A stretch of DNA of 63,422 nucleotides from a virus (Duplodnaviria; Caudoviricetes): IMG/VR virus record IMGVR_UViG_3300027996_000030, positions 1 to 63,422 of that record. One strand, given 5' to 3'. Positions 55,621 through 63,422 of the stretch are shown piece after piece (positions within the stretch are counted from its first letter, which is position 1; every line of letters starts with the position of its first letter). Below the pieces are notes generated by a model. The model did not search any database. It was not told the DNA's origin and saw nothing but the letters and a program-made list of their open reading frames with translations. The position numbers and the translations under genes are program-made.

Positions 55621-57486
55621 CTACCAGATTCCTTTGAGCGCAGCTTGATGATCATCCCCAAGGCTGCCGAAAGCGTCCGAAGCCACGGCTTCACAGAAGT
55701 GCTCCTCCTCATTCTTCGCGGAGTACGCCGTCGGGAACCGCAACTCCGCCCCTCTGGTCTTGCTAAGGAAGCTGTGCAGTTGGGTCTTGCTGATCCCACC
55801 CATGACCCCATTGGGCCGCTCATAGCTGTAGGACGTGCTTGTGATCTCCTTGAGCACAGGTCGCCAACCACGCGGTGCGCCCTTGATTCGGACAGGCAGT
55901 TCATCCCCTACCTTGGGACGGGGGATCTCGACCTTCCTGTACGAGACGGCGAGGTGGTGGGATTCCCACTTTGCCTTGGCTTCGCGGGACATGAACTTGC
56001 GCCAGTAGCGGTGGCATAGCTCATGTACGAGAGAGTAGGCTTCATCGAAGCCCCACTTTGCCTTGGCCACCCGGCAATAGATGACATCCTCTCGGATGTT
56101 GTACCACGCCGCCGCATGAGCACCCGCAATCTTGCCTACCAGATAAACGTCTCCGTAGAGCACCTTCTTAATGCCGGGGACGGTTCGGTCTGATTTGATC
56201 TTCTTGGTGGCGGTTTCCAGCATCTTCTTGAACACCTCCAACTTGGACCCCGTGATCCCGATGGTGTTGTGGACCAAGAAAGGGCCAACGCGGAACAGGT
56301 CGTCTGATCCCTCTTTTTTCTCGGGCCAGGTTTTCGCTGCCTCCAAGGTCAGCAGGATCCGCTTCTCGTTGGTGCCCCACCACTTGTAGACATCCTTCGG
56401 CATGGCTCGACTGCGGGAGTAGAGTCGGTGAGCCATCTCCATCCCTTTGGCTGAACGGGCGGGGGTGGATCGGGTTCCTTGAATGCCCTCCGCGATCAGG
56501 TGTCCGCGCTGCATTAGCTCCACCCACGGCAAGTTGGCCCATCTCCTGACCACAGAATCCCCAGCGAGGCCACGCTTCTTTCCATCGGCAAGAGCCTCAA
56601 CGAACTCTTTGTGCGCTCGCTCAAACGCAGGAAGGTTAGCCGTGATGTCCTTTTCGGAGCCAGCGGCGTTGACAACCCTCGCTTCATCAGAGGTTCCCGC
56701 CGCGTAACGAGCCACTAACCATTGCAGGGCTACGCGCTCGACCCCAGCCTTGTCAAGCTGCTCACGGATGTATGCCTTGGCGGCCTCCTCCGCCTTCTGC
56801 ACCTGACGTTTCTCCGCCCGCGTGAGGTCATCCCGTATGTGCCACGGAGCCTGTGGCGCGTACCACAGGCCCTTGACATCCAGACGGAAGCGTTTGATTA
56901 CGGTGCGGTCGATGCGTGTCACGTCCAGCCGGTGTTTCAAGGCCAAGCTGGACAACAGGCTCTTCAATCTGGCGTGGGCCTGGCCTACCACCGACTTGTC
57001 GGGCCGCCTGTGCATGTCCGGGTGCCATGTGGAGGAATACTCCTGCGAGTGCATGGTTGACCGGCTGACGACCTTGATCTGGTCCATGAACTGCTCAGGG
57101 ATGAACAGTTCGGCATCCCACCCGAACGCCCCGAAGCTGACTTCGCCCGCTTCGATCTTCTCGATGGCCTGTGGGATGACGTTGTCCGCTGCCTGGTACA
57201 CGTCCCACGGGACGGTCAACGTGTAGAGGGTGAGGTTCGCGTAGCCCTTCGGACCCTTCTTCTTGTCTGCGACGTAGCCCGACCAGGAGTTGAAGATGGA
57301 CTTCTTGCTCCGGGTCGCGAACAGGCCCGCCATCCTCAGCTTCTGCGACCACCGGGGTCGGAAACGCTGGATGTTCGCCTCCGGGGAGACGTGGTACAGC
57401 TTCACCTGACGGGCGGCGACACGAAGCCATTGCAGGGCTACGCGCTCGGCTCCGTTTCCGTGGGTCCGTTTGAGGGTCTTGGGCAT
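55621..57486 (-). CDS. two-effector protein: ADP-ribosyltransferase-like domain plus HEXXH zincin, each preceded by ERVALQWL
   Basis: ATG 57486 after AGGAG; LYHVS..GLFAT..ELFIP; VHELCH..PTAYS..EEHFCE. Confidence 0.7.
   Translation of the reverse strand: MPKTLKRTHGNGAERVALQWLRVAARQVKLYHVSPEANIQRFRPRWSQKLRMAGLFATRSKKSIFNSWSGYVADKKKGPKGYANLTLYTLTVPWDVYQAADNVIPQAIEKIEAGEVSFGAFGWDAELFIPEQFMDQIKVVSRSTMHSQEYSSTWHPDMHRRPDKSVVGQAHARLKSLLSSLALKHRLDVTRIDRTVIKRFRLDVKGLWYAPQAPWHIRDDLTRAEKRQVQKAEEAAKAYIREQLDKAGVERVALQWLVARYAAGTSDEARVVNAAGSEKDITANLPAFERAHKEFVEALADGKKRGLAGDSVVRRWANLPWVELMQRGHLIAEGIQGTRSTPARSAKGMEMAHRLYSRSRAMPKDVYKWWGTNEKRILLTLEAAKTWPEKKEGSDDLFRVGPFLVHNTIGITGSKLEVFKKMLETATKKIKSDRTVPGIKKVLYGDVYLVGKIAGAHAAAWYNIREDVIYCRVAKAKWGFDEAYSLVHELCHRYWRKFMSREAKAKWESHHLAVSYRKVEIPRPKVGDELPVRIKGAPRGWRPVLKEITSTSYSYERPNGVMGGISKTQLHSFLSKTRGAELRFPTAYSAKNEEEHFCEAVASDAFGSLGDDHQAALKGIW
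56719..57448. repeat. 22-bp direct repeat (56719-56740, 57427-57448) encoding ERVALQW
   Basis: ccattgcagggctacgcgctcg at both positions. Confidence 0.9.
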
Positions 57487-57536
57487 CAGCGTCTCCTGTG
57501 ACCTTAGAGGCCGATAGAAAGGAAAGTGATGCGACA

Positions 57537-57551
57537 CGGTACTTCCTCTAT
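57537..57551 (+). promoter_or_regulatory. putative late promoter CGGTAC-ttcc-TCTAT
   Basis: Upstream of ATG 57579. Confidence 0.6.
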
Positions 57552-57578
57552 CGCTCCGCAAGGGCGTGGAGGCTTCCC

Positions 57579-58043
57579 ATGAAGCGTACAGCATCTTCGA
57601 TCCGTGTCGCCCTAGCTCATGCCCGCCGTCAAGGCAGACCCGCCGTCGCTGCCTTCTACGCTTGGGCCAAGCGCGCTGGGTACGGGACAAGCAACACGTT
57701 GAGCGTTGACGTGCCTGTAGCGTTGGACCCCCGCGAGTGGGACCGCTACGATGACCCCTATGGCCGTGACTTCAGCGATGCGCTTGCGGACCTCCGAAAC
57801 GTCGGGCGAGACATCGGTGATGGGTCCGTCTCTGACTCCACCGCAAAGAGGCAAGGCGTCAAGTTCTACGTTGAGTATGACCCTGGCACGGATGAAGAAA
57901 CCGCCCTGTACGACTTGGAAGCGGTGCTGGAACAAAAACTGAAGGAAATGGCCCGCAATGACGCGGGGTTGGCCGTCCTGATCTACGGCTTGAACAACCG
58001 AGGACGCATCAGCCTGGACCCGGAAGTGGAAGGCTGGGAGTGA
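57579..58043 (+). CDS. late protein with RVAL leader and acidic body
   Basis: GGAGG RBS; MKRTASSIRVALAHARR. Confidence 0.75.
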   Translation: MKRTASSIRVALAHARRQGRPAVAAFYAWAKRAGYGTSNTLSVDVPVALDPREWDRYDDPYGRDFSDALADLRNVGRDIGDGSVSDSTAKRQGVKFYVEYDPGTDEETALYDLEAVLEQKLKEMARNDAGLAVLIYGLNNRGRISLDPEVEGWE

Positions 58044-58059
58044 TGGGTATCGTGCCCCT

Positions 58060-58416
58060 ATGCCCGATGACTTTCAGACCGCCCGCTGCTTCGTAGAGAT
58101 CAAACTCCAGCCTGAAACTGGAGCCATGATGTCATCGCATGGCCCTCTGACCCCAGAAGATCAAGCGCGTATGGACGAGTGGCCTTCCGGGGGCCTGGTT
58201 CAAACATCCAACGCATTGTTCGTTGAAGCTCTCCGCCAAGAAACCTACGTCATGGCCATGACTTTGATCTCACGGGGCGCTGAACCCGAGAACATGACTG
58301 CCAAAGACCTGGCAGACCGCGTTCGGATGCAGGTGCTTCGGACACTAGACCACATCGGTCTAGGGGTAGCGAGGGAGGTCTTGGGTCAAGTCACCACTGC
58401 CGACGACGCGGACTAA
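58060..58416 (+). CDS. hypothetical protein
   Basis: 118-aa ORF. Confidence 0.6.
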   Translation: MPDDFQTARCFVEIKLQPETGAMMSSHGPLTPEDQARMDEWPSGGLVQTSNALFVEALRQETYVMAMTLISRGAEPENMTAKDLADRVRMQVLRTLDHIGLGVAREVLGQVTTADDAD

Positions 58417-59203
58417 CCGGGTTCCGGGGAGGGCGTTGGCGGCCAGAGTCATCCTCACCGTAGCCTCCTGAGTTGGCGAAGTTGCGGCTCATATATTTAT
58501 CAGCGGCCTCAAACGAGGGGAACGGCCCGTAGGAGGTCGTGTCGCCTTCGATCTGCTCTCCGTCTTCGTCCTCGTCGTAGTCCTCGTTATCGACGTACCA
58601 CTTACCGTCCGACGCCTTGTAGAAGTCGCGCTCCGTATTGGTGCTGGCGTGTCGGGATTTGGGCATGGGGCGCTTCTGTGGTCGTCTACGCATGTGGGAC
58701 AAGGCTACGCGAGCCGAAGACGCCTTCTTGCCAAGCTCACCTTCAGCGGCGACCAACCCTTTCTCTTGGGCTGCTTGCAAGGCATCGTCCAGTGCATCGG
58801 CGGTCGTCAGAGCATCCCTGACTTCTCGCTCAATGGAATCTTGGCTGTCGTCACGCATCTTCATACGACTGATCTGTTGCAGACCCTTCTTGATGGTGAG
58901 CACCTTCTTCTGCGAGTCACCGAGATCCTTCACCAAGCGCGTAATGTCGATGCTGCGGCCTTCCAACATGAGGTTGTAGGCGACACGCCACTTACGGCTG
59001 TGTTTCTCTAAGGAAGCCACGGAACGGGCGATCTTGTCAGCCTTGTCCGAATCCGAGGAGTCAAGCGCATCCACACTGGCCGAGAGCGCCGCCGCACCCG
59101 CTTGGAACTCAAAGGAATCCGTGTCACGGATGTTCTCTGTGCCTTGCAGGAGATCCCATGCAGCCCAGACTGACTTTTGGAATGGTGTTTCTGCTTTCGC
59201 CAT
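58391..59203 (-). CDS. modular late protein with internal RVAL module
   Basis: AAGGAG RBS; KKASSARVALSHMRR. Confidence 0.75.
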   Translation of the reverse strand: MAKAETPFQKSVWAAWDLLQGTENIRDTDSFEFQAGAAALSASVDALDSSDSDKADKIARSVASLEKHSRKWRVAYNLMLEGRSIDITRLVKDLGDSQKKVLTIKKGLQQISRMKMRDDSQDSIEREVRDALTTADALDDALQAAQEKGLVAAEGELGKKASSARVALSHMRRRPQKRPMPKSRHASTNTERDFYKASDGKWYVDNEDYDEDEDGEQIEGDTTSYGPFPSFEAADKYMSRNFANSGGYGEDDSGRQRPPRNPVSPRRRQW

Positions 59204-59231
59204 GTGGTGTTCTCCTTGCCCTCATAAGGCC

Positions 59232-59246
59232 ATAGGCGGACTACCG
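59232..59246 (-). promoter_or_regulatory. putative late promoter CGGTAG-tccg-CCTAT
   Basis: Recurrent motif. Confidence 0.7.
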
Positions 59247-59249
59247 GAA

Positions 59250-60563
59250 TCACAGGACGAATTGAAGGCTCACATCCTCACCCGAGACAGGACGTGGGAT
59301 CTGCACGCCCAGACGATCCACCGTCACCGTGTACGTCTGCCCTGTGAGGGACGACGACATACGAGACGCCACTTCAAGAGTGCTTCGACTGAGCCGCACT
59401 TGACTCCCACTGATCCCGACCGTGCCGATGGGACCACCCATCGGACCAAGGACCGTATCCAGCCGGTACGTTCCAGCATTGGGGCCTGTGGCGATCGTGA
59501 TTTGAGTGTCCACGGGGAAGGCTCCCCAGTCTTGCGTTGAATCGTCAACGGTGTCTCCATTCAGTGCTGCCAGAGTCCCGGAGCCACCCGTTGAGAGCGT
59601 GTACGCCCTTGGAGTCGTGTCCGCCCCGGAGAGCAGCGCACGGGTGCCTGTGACGCGGTAACGCCCTGCATTAACCCCCAGCCCAATGATCAACACGCAC
59701 CCGAGGCCAGGACGAACGCTTTGAAAGGACACATCGGGATCGGTGAACAGGGTTCTCATCGCGAGTGTGTCCCCCGTACCTTCGATGCGCTGTGCTCCGA
59801 GACACCACTTCCGCAGATCATCGTAGTAGTACGAGTCGAGATCAAAGCTGAAGCCACCCTCGTCTGTGGCAATCTGATCGAACGCATCCACGAACAAGTA
59901 CGAGTAGCCATACAGAACATGAGCGGGCTTCAACGCAGCGAGCACGATCTCCGCGTTCCGTTGGAGCACGAAAGGGTCCACAGGGAAACCGTCGATGAAG
60001 ATGTCCACAAGGAACTGGTCATCAATCGTGAACGCACCATCGGGATCACGGGGAGGGGATTCCAAATACCGCTCGGTGATGGTCGCTACCACGTTGGGAT
60101 CAAGGGCCTCTAGCCCAGATTCCATGCCTGCCTTGGTTGCGCCCTCCAACAGAAGCAACACCATCTTGTGCAAAAACTCCCGGTACGCGGTGTCTCCGTC
60201 AATCTGTGGAATGCCTGAGCGGTCGGTCGCTCCTGGGAACACCAGTGATCCCAGGACTTGCCACAGGAAGTCCGTCCGAGTGAAGTCAAACGAGGAGTCC
60301 TTGTAGATTTCTGTGGTCGTGATCTGAATCTCGGCCAACTGCTCTGCCATCGCTTGAAACTGCAAGCTGTACCAAGGCCCGTTGGTCTGAGCGACATAGT
60401 TGCTCGGCAAAACCGAACGGAAAGTCGCCATGATCTGCTGAACGAGCGCAGCCTTATCCGTCAAGTACGCCTGACCGTTGACCGGATTCGGTGCAGGGTT
60501 CTGCGCTAACGCGAACGGAGCCGCGTCCTCCCCTGTCTTCGGTGCATCGTCATCATGGGCCAC
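59250..60563 (-). CDS. putative baseplate wedge-like protein
   Basis: LPSNY, DTAYREFL..GATK, LKPAHV pattern typical of P2 gpI-like baseplate proteins. Confidence 0.6.
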   Translation of the reverse strand: MAHDDDAPKTGEDAAPFALAQNPAPNPVNGQAYLTDKAALVQQIMATFRSVLPSNYVAQTNGPWYSLQFQAMAEQLAEIQITTTEIYKDSSFDFTRTDFLWQVLGSLVFPGATDRSGIPQIDGDTAYREFLHKMVLLLLEGATKAGMESGLEALDPNVVATITERYLESPPRDPDGAFTIDDQFLVDIFIDGFPVDPFVLQRNAEIVLAALKPAHVLYGYSYLFVDAFDQIATDEGGFSFDLDSYYYDDLRKWCLGAQRIEGTGDTLAMRTLFTDPDVSFQSVRPGLGCVLIIGLGVNAGRYRVTGTRALLSGADTTPRAYTLSTGGSGTLAALNGDTVDDSTQDWGAFPVDTQITIATGPNAGTYRLDTVLGPMGGPIGTVGISGSQVRLSRSTLEVASRMSSSLTGQTYTVTVDRLGVQIPRPVSGEDVSLQFVL

Positions 60564-60566
60564 GGG

Positions 60567-61415
60567 CTACGCCTCAGCCACGTCTTTGACGAGGTCTTCC
60601 AGGTCACCACGACTCATGTCCGCGAGGGGGGTCGGAACCAACGGGAGATCAATCATACTTGATACCCTAGTGATGCCCGGTGTGCCCTTCGGTAGTTCCT
60701 CTACTCGGCTTGCTGGACCCATCCACTCCGCCCTTTGGAGAGAGGGGTGTTTGGACTCACCTTCAACGTAGCCGTGGATCTTTCCGTCCATTTCGATGTA
60801 AGGGGCCTCGATGTCCTGCTTGATGGTCAGACCCCTTGGATTTCTCCACTCGAAGGGAATCTCCCCTGTGCCTGTGAGGATACCTCCCTTGATCGCGATG
60901 TTGGCCTGTTCGCCGCCCCCCCAGTCCTCCAAATCGGCTGTGGCTCCTCCGATTAACGATGCGAGAAACGCGGGTGATCCCTCGTACCATACCCCGGCAG
61001 GCTCGTAGATTTCGGCCTTCCGGCCTTCCAGAAGCGCACGCAACACCTCGTCCGAGTATTGACCCAGACCGCCCATTTTCTTGACGAACGACTTGAACTG
61101 GGCGGGCTTCAACGCCTTGAACGGGAGATTCTTGAGAGTGGCGTCGGGAACATTGGCCAGGAGTTCCGGCCTGCTGAACACCATCTTCAGTGCTTCTTTG
61201 GGAGGAGCCGCTGCGAGGGCCTTGCTCGGAGGCACGACCACCGACACTGTGACATCCACCACGATGCCCTCCGGGGTCACCGTGTAGGAGCCGATCTTAG
61301 GATCACCGATGAATTGACCTTTCTTCATCGCCTCTTTCACCGAAGCGGCCAGCGGGTCTGCGGCTATGCGAAAACCTTCTGCTGCAAGGATTTGCCTTAG
61401 AGTGCTGATGTCCAT
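60567..61415 (-). CDS. hypothetical late protein (short leader ending RIAA)
   Basis: AGGAGG RBS, late motif upstream. Confidence 0.75.
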   Translation of the reverse strand: MDISTLRQILAAEGFRIAADPLAASVKEAMKKGQFIGDPKIGSYTVTPEGIVVDVTVSVVVPPSKALAAAPPKEALKMVFSRPELLANVPDATLKNLPFKALKPAQFKSFVKKMGGLGQYSDEVLRALLEGRKAEIYEPAGVWYEGSPAFLASLIGGATADLEDWGGGEQANIAIKGGILTGTGEIPFEWRNPRGLTIKQDIEAPYIEMDGKIHGYVEGESKHPSLQRAEWMGPASRVEELPKGTPGITRVSSMIDLPLVPTPLADMSRGDLEDLVKDVAEA

Positions 61416-61439
61416 GAGTCCTCCTGCCCACAGGGGGCA

Positions 61440-61454
61440 ATAGGCACCCTACCG
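61440..61454 (-). promoter_or_regulatory. putative late promoter CGGTAG-ggtg-CCTAT
   Basis: One of a divergent pair. Confidence 0.7.
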
Positions 61455-61470
61455 GTTTGATGCCTGGTTC

Positions 61471-61485
61471 CGATAGGATGCCTAT
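61471..61485 (+). promoter_or_regulatory. putative late promoter CGATAG-gatg-CCTAT
   Basis: Divergent partner upstream of 61526. Confidence 0.6.
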
Positions 61486-61525
61486 AAGGTCGGACAGGTG
61501 CAGAAACACCCCCCGAGGGAACCCC

Positions 61526-62266
61526 ATGAAGACCATCACCGCCTCTGACCGAAAAACCCTGATCCGGCTTGCTTCCTCTATGGCTGTGGGATCACACGAG
61601 CGTCGGGCGATCCTGGCTGGCCTGAAGAAAGCCAAACCCGTTGGGTGGGAGAGCCTGGTGACCCACTTCATGGACATGGGGCAAGACTCACGGGACGACG
61701 CCGAGGATGAGCTTGAGTCGGCCCTTGAAGAAATCGACGACAAAGTAGAACATCTACTGGCGATAGCCTCAAATTCCGACGACTGGGACATGGAAATTCG
61801 TGGCCATGAAGAGGTCAGTGGGGACATGGAAGTTGAGCACTACCACGGCCCCGGTGAAACGGTGACTATGTCCTTAGAAGGCCCCTCTAACGTAAGCATC
61901 TCAACCTCAATCCACATTAAGTGGAGTGACTTGAGGTTGTACGGAAACTGGTTCCAGGGGGCTACTCGCCTCCAGGGTGTCCAAGCGTATTTGGTTGACC
62001 GTGTAAAGGATCTCAGCGAAGGCTACTTTAGAGGCCCCGATGAGGAGATCCACAGCATGGCGGATGAAGCATCGGACGGAGTAAACTATAGGACCAGCAT
62101 TACCTACTACACTGAAAGTGGCGATGACCCTGATGAGAAGGCGCGTTGGACAGCGGACTCGGATGTGCCGGTGGTTGACGAGATCACGGTTGAGATGGAC
62201 AGGGGAGGCATCCATGTATCCATAGCCGCCGAGGCGACCACAAACATCAAGTTCGACTACAGGTAG
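61526..62266 (+). CDS. LIRLA-leader protein with highly acidic body
   Basis: Start reassigned to ATG 61526: MKTITASDRKTLIRLASSMAVGSHERRAILAGLKKA. Confidence 0.8.
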   Translation: MKTITASDRKTLIRLASSMAVGSHERRAILAGLKKAKPVGWESLVTHFMDMGQDSRDDAEDELESALEEIDDKVEHLLAIASNSDDWDMEIRGHEEVSGDMEVEHYHGPGETVTMSLEGPSNVSISTSIHIKWSDLRLYGNWFQGATRLQGVQAYLVDRVKDLSEGYFRGPDEEIHSMADEASDGVNYRTSITYYTESGDDPDEKARWTADSDVPVVDEITVEMDRGGIHVSIAAEATTNIKFDYR

Positions 62267-62323
62267 GTTCATCCTCTTGATCCCGAGTTTCGGACCACCC
62301 CAGGACCATAGAAATAGGAGGTC

Positions 62324-63283
62324 ATGGTTATGAGCAGCACCACCTTCACGCAGGGCGAGACGTTAGGGCGAACCGATCTGGACATCTTCCTAGCGGATTC
62401 GCTCGGGAACCCGATCAACGCCTTCTCTATCTCCTACGCGCTTTACTTTGTGGACCCTGCGACCACGATGGAGGTTCTGGTTGGCCCCGCAGAGCGGACC
62501 CCGGTGAACCCCGCCGTGGGCGAATACTACGCCGCCCTTCAGATCCCCGTCACAGCCCTGCCTGGATCCTATCGCATCCGGTGGCTGTTTCGTGAGACAG
62601 CGGCATCACCCCAAGAGGGGGCCGTCCAAGAGTTTTCCGTCACGGAGCCTGTGACGAGCACCACAACCGCCGAATACTCCGAGTGCGTCACGGATCTGAT
62701 CCGCAAGATGCGCTTCTTGACGCGGGACAACAATCCCGACCGCAACTACCGCTTCATGCCGCCCGAAGGCGAAGGCACTGTCGGCTGCTACAATCAAGTC
62801 TTCGGATACATCTGGACTGACGAGGAGTTTGCCGAGTACCTGGAGATGGCGCTCTGGAAATGGAACATGCAACCTCCCGAAACGGAGGAGCTTTGCACCA
62901 TCGAAATGCTGTGTCAGCGCAAGCCCTCTTGGAAAGCCGCTCTCCTGTGGGGATCTCTGGTGACCGCCGCACAGGCCCTCGTCTATAACTGGATTGCGAA
63001 CGAGTTCGATTATAGTATTGGAGGTATATCCTTGAATGTCGAGAAGTCCGGCAAATACGAAGGCATGAAGCAGAACGCCGAAGACCAGTGGGACAAACTG
63101 ACCGAAGCCAAGTCGCGGACCACCAAGTACATCCGAGGATTGTCCCAACCCCGCTTCGGTGTTGGCGTGAGATCAGCCTTCGGGCCGCACGTCGGTCGTG
63201 GGGTTTTGAGTCCGAGAAGTTTCGTGGTCGCTCTTTTCAGCCTTATGCCTGCACTTTCGTCAATCGACACCTTCATCGTGTGA
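62324..63283 (+). CDS. putative virion neck/head-tail adaptor-like protein with Ig-like N-terminus
   Basis: AGGAGG RBS; VGEYYA..GSYRIRW Ig-like strand, then FDYSIGGISL; function by context. Confidence 0.55.
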   Translation: MVMSSTTFTQGETLGRTDLDIFLADSLGNPINAFSISYALYFVDPATTMEVLVGPAERTPVNPAVGEYYAALQIPVTALPGSYRIRWLFRETAASPQEGAVQEFSVTEPVTSTTTAEYSECVTDLIRKMRFLTRDNNPDRNYRFMPPEGEGTVGCYNQVFGYIWTDEEFAEYLEMALWKWNMQPPETEELCTIEMLCQRKPSWKAALLWGSLVTAAQALVYNWIANEFDYSIGGISLNVEKSGKYEGMKQNAEDQWDKLTEAKSRTTKYIRGLSQPRFGVGVRSAFGPHVGRGVLSPRSFVVALFSLMPALSSIDTFIV

Positions 63284-63422
63284 TCCCACAAGGCTTGCCG
63301 ACCACCCTCTTTTTGGGATAATCTCACCGAAGCGAATACGCGGAGGTGGGTATGCCGAAAGAGGCTTGCGAGGGGTGTGGGGTTGAACTTCACCCCGTCT
63401 ACTTGAGCATGGGGAGACTCCA

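Noticed and set aside
57514-57528. Late promoter for gene 55621-57486
   Set aside because: Only the TCTAT half matches (CACTTT instead of CGGTAG), so it was not counted
63284-63422. Gene or structured RNA at the window end
   Set aside because: Too little sequence to support a call

Overview
GC-rich (about 60% by eye), densely coding segment of a large tailed dsDNA (myovirus/jumbo-type) phage genome; I see no rRNA, tRNA or CRISPR array. Virion/late genes lie at about 1-17.8 kb, 41-45.7 kb and 55.6-63.3 kb: a giant contractile sheath (one frameshift), baseplate/neck-like proteins, SNF2 helicase, Dps-like protein and many orphans. A replication-recombination block at about 18-40.7 kb and 48.4-55.6 kb encodes DnaX, HolA, HolB-like, a beta-clamp-like protein, a Toprim primase, split SbcC plus SbcD, a Cas4/AddB-like nuclease, RecA, RuvC, an SSB-like protein, RecD2, a split DNA methyltransferase and class Ia RNR. 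Transcription factors include a sigma-like protein, a tandem sigma-4 protein and a NusG paralog. Most notable from direct reading: (1) a ~35-aa 'LIRLA..LP.G..ER..IL' module present 7 times in 5 unrelated late proteins, plus [KR]-x-A-jointed polyproteins, suggesting a capsid-targeting/protease-maturation cargo system; (2) three promoter classes (one host sigma70 site, 10 copies of GGGGGNMA-N14/15-CSGGTA, 15 copies of CGGTAG-N4-YCTAT) that sort with gene function; (3) a methyltransferase split into permuted genes, with an in-frame GGA-TAG right after its DPPY motif and an antisense endonuclease inserted with a 51-bp duplication. All family calls come from motif recognition, not database searches.
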